From contig OX597825.1 in assembly GCA_951406725.2 (NCBI GenBank), forward strand, positions 56,296,001 through 56,360,000: 64,000 nucleotides of DNA, written 5' to 3'. Below the pieces are notes generated by a model, which saw only the letters and a program-made list of their open reading frames with translations, had not been told where the DNA came from and ran no database searches. This document shows positions 1 to 14,159 of this stretch, in pieces. A program made the translations under genes and the position numbers. The stretch comes from Octopus vulgaris. Lineage: Eukaryota. Within the stretch, counting starts at the first letter, position 1. Each line of letters opens with the position of its first letter.

Positions 1-374
1 CTTGACTGATGAAATTGATGTGATTGATGATGATTATAAAAATCTTTGGGCAAGGAACCGAACTCCAGCGACCCGCACTCACTTCCAGCGATATGTAATG
101 GCTGAAATGTATGTATTTAATTTTTCTTTCTGACTTATGAAGAGATGACAAAAGCCTACGGCCTTTGCAGATTCTCTGAGACAAGGTGAAATCGATACCG
201 TTTGATGTTCCGCTGAAATTGTAACAAATCGTTATATGCAGGAAATATGTGAGTAAGAACGATAATCCATAGAATCATTGTTCTTAAGAGAAAAGACCGG
301 CTGTAAAAGATAGTGCAGAATATTAGACAAAAGAAAGGCGAGGTGTGGGGTGAGATGATATAGTGGAATGCATC

Positions 375-1787
375 GATGGAATTTAATCTTATGTGTGCCA
401 AGGCCACTTTCAAGAAAAGGAAACTCAGAAGTGTTACATGTTAAAACATTTATAAAAGAACTTGAGTAGGAACAAACCCATAAATACCTCGGAATGAATG
501 AAGTCTCTGACGGTCAACATGTAAGCATGAAAGACACAGTCAGGATGGAATATTATTGGAGAGTTCAAGTAGTTCTGAAATCTGAGCTAAATGCACATAA
601 CGAGGTGTTAGCCATTAATTCCTTGGCAGTTCCAATTGATTCCTATAGCTTCAATGTGTTTATTGAAATATATCAGAAATAATGAAAATTTATTGAAAAA
701 TTCAGAAGCTACTGACTTGTAATAAGTTGCACCAACCAAACGCAGACGTAAATAGTATTTATCTTCCCAGAGCCGGAGAAGGCAGAGATTTGATCCAGTT
801 TGAACTTTCTTACAAAACCACCATAATTAGACTAGCCAAATATCTTGAAACGACTAACGTCTGGACGCTAAAACATGTTGAAAATCACTAGAGGTGTCAG
901 AAGCGTATCTTGAAGTAGAGCAAAAATTGCTACTGATTTCATAAATGAACAGCTTGAGGGAAGTGTGACAACTATTGTGACAAAGAAAGTATAATTAATG
1001 GCAAAGAAAAAGGCGCATGAACAATTGGCAAGAAGGTGATGTAAATGGGATGTAAAATGGAGTAGATCCAAAATGCCGATTCTATCAATGCTAACATTGA
1101 AACAGTGGATCACTTAATTTCTGGATGCAAATCTTTAGCACCAGTGAAGTATAAATCAAAACACAACAGAATTGGCCAATATCTGCAGTAGTTACTGTGT
1201 TGGCATTATAAGATCATGACAAGTGGTATAAACATCACATTGAGTTTGTAACTGAGGAGAATAACGAGCGATTCTTTAGAACATTGCTGTACATACAAAG
1301 AGAACCATCAACGCTAATAAACCGGTTATCGTCGTAAAAGACCAAAATGATAAAGACCATTTATTGACTATATTCCTTGTGATCGTAATATCTCGGTAAA
1401 AGAATTTGACAAGCTCAGAATATATAAAGATTTGCTCATTGAATGTGGCATTTCAGGGCAATTACAATGCCAGTGACTTGCAATGATCAAAAAAGGAACT
1501 GAAAATTATTTGCAAATTACCTCTGGCTTACTTTCCTTGCAGGAAGTGCAAGATAAAGTTTTAGTGCAAGATAGTGTCAACACATATTGAGAAGAGCATT
1601 GTCGGTGTGAAAACGATTACGATCCATGTAAATAATTTCTTTCTACATACTTTTGCTGGATATTGTAAATGAACAATCTTGTGTGTATATTTTAGTAGCC
1701 TATCAATGTATACAGCGAGTTTCCTTGCCCTGGATGTCGAGATGATACTCGACAAGAAATGGAAACAAAATGGAAGGTAGAAGTTCA

Positions 1788-1788
<1 letters not shown>
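375..1788 (+). mobile_element. Decayed RLE-type (R4/Dong-like) non-LTR retrotransposon, 3' part
   Basis: Broken frames give HKYLGMNE..YYWRVQVVLKSELNAHNEVLAINSLAVP (ORF 494-682), LHQPNADVNSIYLPRAGEGRDL, a CCHC-knuckle-like CRF..ETVDHLISGC, an RLE-like TINANKPVIVV..IPCDRNISVKEFDKL and a C-terminal HILRRALSV*. A (TAA)n tract follows. Confidence 0.85.

Positions 1789-1852
<64 letters not shown>
1789..1852. repeat. (TAA)n microsatellite
   Basis: About 21 perfect TAA units lying between two RLE-LINE pieces. Confidence 0.98.
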
Positions 1853-1853
<1 letters not shown>

Positions 1854-1854
<1 letters not shown>

Positions 1855-2026
1855 TCAAGGCTAATAGACCGGATATAGCTGTATCAAGGTTAATAGACCG
1901 GATATAGGTGTACCAAGGCTAATAGACGGGTTATAGTTGTATCAAAGCTAACAGACCGGATATAGATGTATCAAAGCTCGTTGACCGGATATAGTTGTAT
2001 CAAGCTAATAGATCGGATACAGTAGT
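1854..2026 (+). repeat. Six tandem ~29-bp units derived from the LINE RLE motif (IKANRPDIVV)
   Basis: Units resembling atcaaggctaatagaccggatatagttgt start at 1854, 1883, 1912, 1941, 1970 and 1999, with no spacers between them. Confidence 0.92.
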
Positions 2027-2335
2027 AGGAGTTCACCAAGAAAAAATATGCGTTTTAATCGATGTATCAATACCAACAGATGATAATATATCTCTAAAAG
2101 AAACAGAGAAAAACTCTTGAAATACAAAGATCTGGAAATAGATGTAGCCCAAATGTGGGATCTAAAAAAAGAAACAATCCCTATAATGATAGGAGCATGA
2201 GGTATGATTAAAAATATTGAGACTAATGCATAACCGAAGTACCAGGACATAAGAATCTATACAACATACAGAAAAAAAATAGCACTACTAGGCACCGCTC
2301 ACATCCTATGTAAAGCACTTTCAATACAGTGAAAA
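1999..2335 (+). mobile_element. 5'-truncated R4/Dong-like LINE 3' end (RLE domain)
   Basis: Translates across frameshifts as CVLIDVSIPTDDNISLKETEK..KYKDLEIDVAQMWDLKKETIPIMIGA..IALLGTAHILCKALSIQ*. Confidence 0.85.
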
Positions 2336-2464
2336 TACCTCCAAACTGCGGAAAGCAAATATGACAAAAGTGTAATTTGAAATTACAATGTAAATATCCA
2401 GCGCAAATAATGCAAAGCAATTTGCTCGCCAGTCCAATACCCTGCCAATGGTAATAATAATAAT

Positions 2465-4560
2465 CTTTGCTTTATTGGCCCCAAAGGCCGAACACGAAAC
2501 AAAAGTTGGGCTTAACTCAAAATACGTGCAAACAATGAAACTTACAAGTAACAACAAAATTTAGATAATAAAAATTCCCCAAAGGGGAGAGTTGAGTTCT
2601 ACCTGGGGCAGTCAGCGAACCCCGCACATCCAGGCCACCTCGATTACCAACGGTACCCCAGGCAAGCAACTCTCTCCTCACCCACTCCAACCAAAAGACG
2701 TATGTTCAGAGTAGGCCTATTTATGAAGGTCATCCTCACTACATTCATCCACTTTGCAACGAAAATGCTAGGGAGTAACACTTTCCGCTCTACCCTCACT
2801 TTTCGTTTCAAATGGAACCTATAAAAGTTGATTGAGGGCCTGGCTGAAGAGGAAAATATCTTTCTACAATCATTTCAACTTGTCCATCACACCACCTCAC
2901 TCACCATAGTCACCTGACAAAGAAAAATTACCTGCCCCTCCAGGTCAAAAGAAAGCGGCGAGACGAATGCCTGAAGAGCAGTTTCATCGTCTTGCACGCA
3001 TCTCGGAATAGTCTGTCTGACAGCACCTCCATATCTGTAAAGCTTGTTTCGAACTGGCAGAGCCTCCCAGCTGCACTGCCAGACCAGGGATTTCTGGAAA
3101 CTGTCCGTTGACCCCCGCCCCGAAACTCCACCGTGAAAGATCAGTTAACTGAATTTCCCCGAAGACGTCGTCGCTGTTGACCGCCACGTATCGCCTACCT
3201 ACAACATTGCCCGCATAGCAGAGGGCTGTGCGTGTTTCCAAATAATTCAGGTGCCAAGCGCTCTTTATCGGTTTACGCTTGATCCAGCACTGTAGTTCCG
3301 TCAATAATACTAGCTGCGAAAAATATCGTCTGAAAACTGGCGATCATACCTACTCAGCGTCAAGGAATCGCTGGAGGTGTCGCAGCCTATGAGCATGTCT
3401 GCAGATATTTATCCACGGAATCGCCTGCCTTCCACGTTGCGGCTGCAAATGGAACGTCTGACAAGCATAACTCTTCCTTTCAACAAAAAGTAGGAGAGTG
3501 AATGGTCCAGTTTGATCAGCAAAGAAGCAGGATGGTAGATGAAGGAAGTGATATACACATTCGTCATTTTCACCCAACCTTTCAGGGGCAGCTTCCTATC
3601 GCCCCGTTTACGTGCCTCTTCTAGTTTTCTAACTGGGCTTCCTTCTAATCTAGATTCCTCTAAAGGTATTTCTTTACTAAAACCTACCGCCTCTACTCTA
3701 ATACCACTATCCACCACAGGTTGTTGACGACTGCACCCGACAACTTCCGATGGAATAACCAACTACCCCAGTGTCTGAAAGCTTGACGCGGGAGGGAAAA
3801 TGCGCTTGGTTTCCAGTATCAGGAGCCCTGCCTATAGATACTAACTAGGTCGAATGTACTCATTACCAAAGTGTAGCCGACAACTTTGAATAACGTATAG
3901 TTTATGCTACTTCTGTCTACTGGTCTACGGGATACTCTATGTCGATACCAACTGGAAAACCTGGTACTGTTTGCCAAAGTTCACATTGGCGCCATCGGGA
4001 AATCTAGACGTCTCAAGGAAAATCTACAAACGTCTGAAGCAATTTAGTTACCCCGATATAGTCGGAGCGTACACAGTGACTTGATTAAAAGAACCACCTT
4101 CACTATTGCTCACATCCAGGGACACCAAGTTATCATCCGTGCCCAGAGATATCCATACCTTGAGATCCAGGCCTTTCCTAAACAGCACTACGGTTCCTTC
4201 TCTCGGCTAGGCAGGCTTGGGGTTGCGTAGATCTCAAAGTCATTGAAAGCAGGGACTAGATCTTGTGAGCTGGAAATCCTTGACTTGCAGACAGCAGTCA
4301 TATCTATCTATAGCTAATGAGGTTGCTGAGCAGGCGAACTTGCTTCCAGGGCGACAACAATCCACGAACATTTATACAACCCACACTTAAACTCGCCATG
4401 ATGACTGGAAAGAGTTCAGGAAAGAAAAAAGTGTGGGCTATTTTCACGGCTATTATTGGCATTTCACAAGCTTCGTTTCCAATGGTGAGATTCGTGGTCT
4501 GCTGTAGAAGTAGGCACTGAAGTCCCTTCTGAGTTCCCGATCAAAAGCAACGTTGGCCTC
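2465..4560 (-). mobile_element. Internally deleted Tx1/L1-clade LINE (ORF2 relic lacking the RT core)
   Basis: APE start MASLSVGCINVRGL (ATG at 4399), GTVVLFRKG..VTVYAPT, a YWK linker, post-RT RKLPLKG..FLLKGRVMLVRRSIC, zf-RVT-like WEALPVRNKL..PRC..DETAL and FYRFHLKRKVRVER. The 3' end has AATAAA followed by (TTA)n. Confidence 0.82.
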
Positions 4561-4705
4561 GTAGCATTTCAGCTCAGAACATAAAGACGGACGAAATGCC
4601 GCTAAGCAATTTCTCCAGAGCGGTAATAATTCTGCTACCTTGCAGACGAAGTGCCACTGAGGATTTTGCTCGGCGTTCTAACCATTCTTCCAGCTCGCCA
4701 CCTTA
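4560..4705 (-). mobile_element. SINE family B 5' fragment
   Basis: ctcagaacataaagacggacgaaatgccgctaagca...ccagctcgccacct is the reverse complement of the family B head seen intact at 19763. Confidence 0.75.
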
Positions 4706-5558
4706 AATTACCAGTATAATATATTGAGATTTATTCTTATTCCGTCTGTTTCTCTTTGGAAGAAATCAGCAAAGTTCAAACCAAATGAAGGGTGGGCTCT
4801 ATACCCAAGATACACCGTTTGTTACGACGACGCCTCCACACTTCACCAAGAGTTGAGAGCACAAGAAAGCATTAAATATCTAAATATCTGAAACAAGTAG
4901 AGTTGTTTAGATAATTTGATATTAAACACTACTGGCCATCTCTCTAGAGTACATACTTACAATATTTATGTCTACTTTATGTTTCAATCTGTTCGATCTC
5001 TAATAGTCATCAGATTTCTGATTTTTCGAATATAAACATGGTTCCGATGCTAATCAATAAAGAAACCTTAATCTTGATAGCAGTTTCTTGTTTTCAAAGA
5101 CCGAACTGCGAATACTAAGTTGAAAAGCAATAATTAATGTCAACACACAGACATACACGTATACACCGACTCACACTTGTACACACACATTCATATGAAT
5201 ACACATATACACGCAATAATTATTAGTTAGTAGGTCGTGAGATGAAATAAAGATAGTAAAGTTACGGGCTTGGACCTCCATCATACAAGTATTTATTGCC
5301 AATCAGATTTTTGCAGATATTTGCACAATCACTAACCTACTAAACCTGGCTACTGTTATCATTATTATTAGCATACAGTAAGTATTGATTGCAAATATAT
5401 ACCGATAATAATTATCAATATATAATCAGAATGTATTTGCAAACATTACGCATTCAGATTACTGACGTGTTTCCATGGGAATAGTACCGATGTTACTATT
5501 ATTATTAGTATTAATATATCGTTGTGTGTCCGTATATAAATGAGTGCGTGTATGTATG

Positions 5559-5561
<3 letters not shown>

Positions 5562-5647
<86 letters not shown>

Positions 5648-5651
5648 TATG

Positions 5652-5692
<41 letters not shown>

Positions 5693-5721
5693 TGTGTATA
5701 TATATATATATATATATATAT

Positions 5722-5760
<39 letters not shown>

Positions 5761-5775
5761 TTTACTTATATATAA
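5562..5775. repeat. (TA)n/(TG)n compound microsatellite
   Basis: Directly visible; it is the source of the YI-repeat pseudo-ORFs here. Confidence 0.97.
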
Positions 5776-6304
5776 ACGCATATATGCATAGACATATACA
5801 CTTTCTCTGTGCATGTGTGCGTATGTTTATGTGGAGAGAGAGAGAGAGAGAAGGAAGAGAAATGTTATATAATATAGCATTGCTACCTTACGCTTTGTAT
5901 TAAGCCGATTAGAATACAGTGTCTGTTTTATTGCCATCTGCTGTAGCATGGCACATATATTCAGTTCGATGGAACTCTAGCGTTAAATATCAAAATTTAC
6001 CACAAATAGCACACGCTACAGCAGAATTAATTATTTAACAGATTTTGAATTTCAAATTCATATGTCATTGCTGTGAGATTGTCGATGGTGTAGTTGGTAG
6101 CAGATTAGATTGCCAGACAAGAGGTCAATGGTTCTTGTTGCAGTCACACTAGATGTTCTTTTAGTATGTGTATCTCGTTATTGACACACTTAGCTCTCAA
6201 TCTGATTTCATTTTGCTGTCAGAGAAAGACTGTAAAGCGTGTAATTATTTCATGTTTGTAAACATTCACAAGACAACTGGATTCACGAATTATTCACGTG
6301 TTTA

Positions 6305-6890
6305 TCTGAACTTGGCTTCGCTTGGCTTATTTTAACTCAACTATTCTTAAGTCACCTTGTCTTGAATGGTCTTCGCCTGGCTTGGCTTGGCTTTGCCTCG
6401 GTTGGTTTGAGTTCGCTTTTCACGGATTTATCTGGTTCGACTTGGCTTGCTTTGGCTTGCCATGTCTTGGCCTGGGCTAATTATTTTGATTTGTTTGCTT
6501 TGGATTGGCTTTGACTTGCTTTGGCCTTGCGTGTTTTGACCTAGCTTGTCTACATTGATTTGCCTTGCCTTCGCCTAGCCTGGTATTGATTAAGTTGATT
6601 TGTCTTCGCTTTCTTTGATCGGATTTGGTTTAGCATGGCTTAACTTAAATTGGCCTAAGTCAGCTTAGTTGGCCGGGTTTGGCTTTTCCTGGTTTGGATC
6701 GCCTAATTTGGCTTCGCTTGGCTTGTCTCATCTTGCACTGGCTTGCATTGGACTGGATTGGACTATCCTTGCTTTGCTTGGCTTGGTCTAATTTGGCTTA
6801 GTTTATCGTAGCTTGACTCATTTCGACCTGCCTGGGGTAGTTTGGATTAGTTTGACCAGACAGAGCATAGCAAAACATGGCTTTGCAAGC
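6305..6890. repeat. Degenerate pentamer satellite (CTTGG/CTTGC)n
   Basis: Recurrent cttgg/cttgc/tttgg with 5-nt periodicity over ~580 bp. Confidence 0.8.
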
Positions 6891-7269
6891 ACGGTTCTGT
6901 TTTGATAGATTTAATTCCATTATTTCCATTTTATGAAATGTTTATGCTGAAGCAGTTGTTGGTGCAGACATGAATTTTTCGGACTACTGTTTTACATTGA
7001 TTTTATTCTTTAGTTCAGATTGATCTAGTTGGTAGTTCCAAGATCAAATGATTCTATAAATAAAAGTTGAAGTATGACAAAGAAGAATTTTAAAACCCAG
7101 CTTTAGGTGATACATCTTCATAATCCTGATAATGTTCCTAATACAGCTTAATCCTGTTTAAAAATCCTCAATAAATTTAGGGCACCAAGATTATTGAAAA
7201 CAATTTAAGATATGTCTAATGCTAGATAATAGATTTTCTAATTTTCGTTCTTAATTTTTTTTTTTACAG

Positions 7270-7580
7270 TTTGATAAAATTCCAATTTTCTAATTAATAT
7301 TTTTAAAAACCTTGTCACGGATTAAATTGTCATTGTCAAATTGATTAAATTGTCATTTTCTAATTAAAATTGTAATTTCTGTTGATTAAAATGCCATTAT
7401 CTAATTGATTAAATTCCTCATTAAGAAATCAATTAAATTGTCATTAGTCGATTGATTAAATTGTCATTATCTAATTAGATTGTATTTCTTATTGATTAAA
7501 GTGTTATTATATATTTGATTAAATTGTAATTATATAATTGATATAATTGTCATTACCTAATTGATTAAAATTTTATCTAA
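7270..7580. repeat. Degenerate ~23-bp minisatellite (ttgattaaattgtcattatctaa)
   Basis: About a dozen imperfect copies, e.g. near 7341, 7382, 7452, 7492 and 7516. Confidence 0.85.
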
Positions 7581-7879
7581 CAAAAATTGAAGGTTAAACC
7601 TGAAGATTGTACCTGGAATCCTACTATTAGTACGTCCATCGAGATTTTTTAAATCATTTTCCGGGTATTATTGACTTACTTATCCAGTACATTTCTTTGT
7701 CAGCTCAATGATGGACGATAGTATTAGTTAACAAGACAAACCTCCAAAATGGTAGAATATCGGATCAGAAGCTATATTTATGATCAGCTATCTAATATTG
7801 AATAATCCAGTTAAACTAAGCAGAAAATAGACACATGAGAGTGAGGGTGCGATACAAGAAGGTGATCTTTGAAGTATTA

Positions 7880-8560
7880 GTGAGGAAACTGTAAAACGGA
7901 CGTGTTTCGATAGCTTACGTCACCAAGTTCCGTTAGTCCTTTAAATTATACTTTAGATCAAAACGTGGTTAAGTCTGTAACATTTCTAGTTTTCCCCAAC
8001 TCAATGTCTTTTAAATGTTACAAGGTGGAGAAAATAGGCCAAGAGGGAGGGTTTCCAATTATGCGTATGATTTTGAGGAGGGGAGTAGCAGGAGCAGGAA
8101 GACCAAGAGAGGTAAGTTTTAGATGGTCTTGGATAGGAGTAATACATAGTTCTAGCAAATCAGTAAAAGTATTTTGAAGAGAGAGAACGCTGGCTGAGAT
8201 GTTAGTTTGTATTTTCCTGTGAATGATTGTATGTAGTAGTTTGAAAGAGGAAATTAGAAGAATTGATATTCCATAGCGCATTCCATTTGCTTCAACTGGA
8301 ACACTTTGGAAGCCATTTGAAGGAAACGGCAGGAAATCATTCATGACGGTAATGTCAAGGTCAACCGGGAACAGAATCAAGAACAAAGAGACCAACTTCG
8401 TGAATACCTTGCTCAACACGGATATGTGTTATATGTTTCACTCTTGGCTGACTAATACAAGATTTACGACACCGGAAAGTTCTTGGAGATCAGCTGGAAA
8501 TTGTTATGTAAAATACCGAATGTTAGCATAGTAAGAAGGCCAATTGAAACGGATCAAATA
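7880..8560 (-). mobile_element. Possible old Penelope-like element relic with a decayed hammerhead
   Basis: The minus strand reads aacggaacTTGGTGAcgtaagctatcGAAACacGTCcgtt (7934-7895), downstream of a 133-aa non-repetitive ORF remnant (8018-8419). Confidence 0.35.
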
Positions 8561-8953
8561 TGACATGTCATCGTGGTCTATTGTAACTGGTAGGACATCT
8601 ACGATCTGTAGATATCATACCAATTACAATAGACCACGATGAGAAAATATTCTTACTTATAGGGTAGTTGTGTCTGCATATCAAATTATATATACATACA
8701 GTACACTGAATACGTACAGCCATACAAAAATACGTCATACACACATACCCTTCTATATACACCTATATGTATTTTTGTAAGAATAAATGTACAATGTTTA
8801 TTTTTAATATAATCAAAGTAAATCTACACTCAGCTACAATGAAATCATCAAAATTTCAATGCAATTATTGCAAACTTCGATGTAAGATACTTCTTTGCTT
8901 TAAATCAAATTTAAACTGCGTTTTTTCAATATCATTACTCCCATTCTATCACT

Positions 8954-9445
<492 letters not shown>

Positions 9446-9828
9446 ACATAGTGAAATATTTTGAAGATACAACGAGACTATCACATTAATGCATTAACTT
9501 CAGTAAAAACTTGAAGAAATCGGGAAAAAAAATCATATTTATAAGTTTTATGCATACAATTGTGAAGTAGATCGCTTGAAGTGTTTGACACGAGGGAAAT
9601 ATGTCAAGTTTACGCACTTCAAAATAAATCCAAATATCCTATGTATTCTCAGTATATATGCACACGCGCACGCATTCATACTTACACGCACATGCGTATG
9701 TAAGATAAAAGTACTTTCCCATGATTTTAAGTTCCATGTTAAGCAAAGTTTTCTTCAGACTAAGATGATGCGAATGGCGGTTGTCTCTTGAACGGCGTTA
9801 AATTTTAATGTTTCGTTATCTCTGTCAG

Positions 9829-9889
9829 CGAGTTGTCACTATCTGTTTGAAGATGTACATGATAACATCTCACTAGAGTAGGTTACCAG
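9829..9889 (+). other. Candidate non-coding exon
   Basis: Acceptor tttcgttatctctgtcag| and consensus donor CAG|gtaagt. All three frames contain stops. Confidence 0.25.
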
Positions 9890-10204
9890 GTAAGTCTTAG
9901 ACACATGTTGAAACGTATACAATCAAACTTATAAATACATACTCCATCAAGACTCATATACTCACACATATAGAATATGAATATATGCGTGTTTGTGTGT
10001 GTGTTTGCGTCATTCGACAGAAATACATAGCAACTGTCACTTCAATGTTTCGCCAATAACAGCTTGTCATACACTGAAGAATTAAAAGCAATAGACGTTT
10101 AAATAGTACTGAGAAATAGCATAAGGAAAGAAGAACTTTTCGAAGGTGGGAGGGACTCGAAAAGTCTAGACGCCGGAAAAATTACATACACACACACAAA
10201 TATA

Positions 10205-10548
<344 letters not shown>

Positions 10549-11517
10549 GCCAGTTAGCGAACGATTTCCGATCAACACAAATATACTATAAATAAATACA
10601 TAGACGAAATGCAAATGATAAGTTATGTATCGGTTACGGTTAAAAGGTATAAAGCGTGTATAGATCCGGTCGTGTAAGCGGAGAAGACAAACAGCAAATA
10701 GACATAATAAGGTTTATTTAGTTAACAGCAGGAAGGAGATATATCTAGTGGAAATTTTCCATTTAACAGAAATCATTTCCGTTAAGTAATTCCGTTATTT
10801 TGACTTCACACTTACTCAAATTTAGCATAAACTGCATTATCTATATTTTTCTATAATGCTCTAGCCTCTCCTATCTTCAGTAAATCACCATTTCTTTTAT
10901 TATTTTCACCCATATTTAAACCTATATTGTTTCCTCTTCCTCACTATTTGACGAAACGTTATCGCTGAAACTTCAAAGACATTGCTGCAACGTGTTTTTC
11001 CGTTTAGACTTTACTATGGTGTAGTGTAACGGCTTTGGTGATCGTGTCGCTTGTAAATTTTTATATGTCCCCAATACAGAATCATACACAAACACATAAA
11101 TGCGTTTGCACAGATGCACATGTGTAAAAATTTATATTTCAGTATAATGTCTATGGGATTTGAAAGAGGACAGAAACTTCTTGATCAAACATGTCAAATT
11201 AAAATAAGGATCGATAGTGTTGGTGAAATATGAAATATATTATAAACCAAACCATTAATCTAAAAGTGAAATATCAGGTTACCAGTAACGTAACTATGAA
11301 GTCGTCCTCAGACGAATGTAGAGTTCGGTGCAAGATACCGATGTCTTTAATTGGATACTTTTGTTCTGTCTAGGGAAGTCGATATGGTTAGTAATCATTC
11401 TTCAAGTAATCATTTCAGTTTTTGTACGTAATATATTGAAACTTTGAAATTCGTAGAAGGAATTCTATACTGTTCACACACGCACGTACACACAAACAAA
11501 CGAACACACACGCACAA

Positions 11518-11573
<56 letters not shown>

Positions 11574-11579
11574 TTATAT

Positions 11580-11792
11580 ACTTTTCTTCGTTTATTTGTT
11601 TCAGTCATTTGGCTGCGGCCATGCTGAAGCAGCGCCTTTAGTCGAGCAAACAGACCCCACGATTTATTCGTTGTAAGCCTAGTATTTATTCTATCGCTCT
11701 CTTTTGCTGAAATGCTAAGTTACGGGGAAGTAAACACACCAACATCTGTTGTCAAGCGATGTTGCGGGGACAAACAAAGACACACAAACATT

Positions 11793-11836
<44 letters not shown>

Positions 11837-11982
11837 CGAAGGGCTTCTTACAGTTTCCGTCTTCCAAATCCATTCACAAGGCTTTGGTCGATCCGAGAGG
11901 CGAGAGTAGAAGACATTTGCCCAAAGTGCCAAGCAGTGGGACTGAACTTGGAACCATGTAGTTGGTAAGCACTTCTGTGCCT

Positions 11983-11985
<3 letters not shown>
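11580..11985 (-). mobile_element. tRNA-derived SINE family A (CORE-like 5' part, internal TA/TG microsatellite)
   Basis: Matches the copies at 14160, 14582, 38291 and 52545 (tgtttcagtcatttg.ctgcggccatgctg...cccaaagtgcca.gcagtgggactgaac). Confidence 0.9.
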
Positions 11986-12024
<39 letters not shown>

Positions 12025-12088
12025 AATGGCGGTGCCCCAGCATGGCCACAGCTCATTAGCTGAAACTGGAAAAATCAAAAATCAAAAT

Positions 12089-12136
<48 letters not shown>

Positions 12137-12601
12137 GTACATTCATATTTGCAGATTTGAGGCGAGGCTGTTTATTGTATTATATAAGACAGTAAATATT
12201 GAGATAACTCAATTTAGTTGGAAAGCTAAATATTTATTTATTCATTTATTTAATTATTTATGAATATAACACAATTATTCATTTGTAGGCAACTACAGGT
12301 TTCATGTAAGAAGTAGGTCATAAGTGACTCTGTATAAAATTTATGAAACTCCTATATTCATCAGACCTTTCGAAATAAATTGCGAAAATAGGCCTGACGA
12401 ATGGAGGTGGTGAATACATTGATACCAGTGGACACAAGTTGGCATAGCCAAACAACGTACTATATTCAGTAGCATAAAATTTTTAGAGGATTTTCGTATG
12501 ATGATATGTAAATTGGAGTTGGGTATCAGAATTATGGATTACGAATATATGTGTGTACATGAGTGTGCGTGCCTGTGTGTGGCGTGTGTGCGTGTATATA
12601 C

Positions 12602-12633
<32 letters not shown>

Positions 12634-12907
12634 AAAGAAATGGACACAAGTATGTTCATTTATATATGTGTGTCTGTGTGAGTGTGTGTGTATACATATG
12701 CATATATAAATTTATTCATATGCATAAATAAATCTATCTGTATCTATATATTTACATATATGCATATATATTTATATATGTATACATAAATGTTTGTCTT
12801 TGTATATGTGATATCTATTTAGAAATATGTGTGTGCGAGTGCGTATGTGTGCGTGTATAGATATATATACATATGTATGCACGTGTGTGTGTGTGTGTGT
12901 ATGCATT

Positions 12908-12949
<42 letters not shown>

Positions 12950-14159
12950 CATACATACATACATACATACATACATACATACATACATACATACATACAT
13001 ACATACTCAGTTCATTACGGGGAAATATCAAAACCGCAAGTTTTGTAATCAGCATTTTCGCTAGTTTTGATTTTTTTTTTCTCTTCACCATTTTTTCCCC
13101 CTATTTTTCTTCCTGTTTCTTTCTGCCTGTTTTTTATTATTTCTTTCTTTCTTTTTTTGTTGCTGTTATTTTTTGGTATTTTATTTCCCGCGAAAATGTC
13201 AACTTGTTACGAACGAATAGAAAAATATCAAAGAATTAGACCTAATGCTTGATTTACGTAAATTATCAGATTTGTCACATATTAATAATAATCTGCATTA
13301 ATCATTAATGTGTGTATGTCTTTGTTTTTTTGGGGTGTTTTATTGCTTTTGTGTGTTCGTGTGTGATGTTGTGTATATGCTATGTGAGTGTGTTTATGAG
13401 GGAAATTGTGTCTAGGTTTGTGTTGATAATTTTCATTGAAGTTGTGAAAAAAAAAACGTTGCTTTGATATGTTTGTTTGTTTGTACATGTGTATGTTTAT
13501 ATTTGTACGCGTATGTCTGTGTGTATGTGTGTGTGTGTGTCTACATAGAATGTGATTCTGCATTTATGAGTGTGTCTGTGTGTGACTCTGTGTGTATGCG
13601 TCTGTGCGTGTACTTGTGTATGCGTGTGTTCTCTGGTGGATTAATTCTAAACTATTACAGAAAATGGTGAACACATTTACGTGCGTGTGTGCGTGTTATT
13701 GTAATTGTGCATTTGAATGTATGTGTGCGTGTGTCTGTGTGAGAGCGTGTGGATGTGTGTGTGTATGTGCGTGTGTGTGTAAGTGTGCTGGGGTACTTTT
13801 CCTGTATGTGTAGGTAGTGTGAAATTCACTGAAGTACAATATGCGCGCGCATATTATAAATGCATACTCACACACACAGATACGCGCGCATGTGTGTATA
13901 CGTGTGTCTGTGTGCATGTGTATATATGTGTGCATATTTATGTACATATATTTAAGGGAAAGGAGAACTCAATTCTTTCAGGTGGAAAATATCATCCTAT
14001 TCATTGGGAGGTGTGACTCGCAGTCAATCATTTCTCATTTTCGGGAGACTGTCAAATAGAAACACAGACACAGCTTTCAATATATGTATTTGTATATGCG
14101 TGTGTGTGTGTGCATGTGTGAGTCTGTGTGTGTATGCACACACACACACACACACACAT

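Noticed and set aside
1854-2026. CRISPR-like 29-bp repeats
   Set aside because: The units are contiguous with no spacers, there are no cas genes, the context is eukaryotic, and the unit is LINE coding sequence.
5446-5903. Many ORFs rich in YI/CV/TH/LS/RE repeats, here and throughout the window
   Set aside because: They are translations of (TA)n, (TG)n, (CA)n, (CT)n and (AGAT)n microsatellites, which lack stops in some frames.
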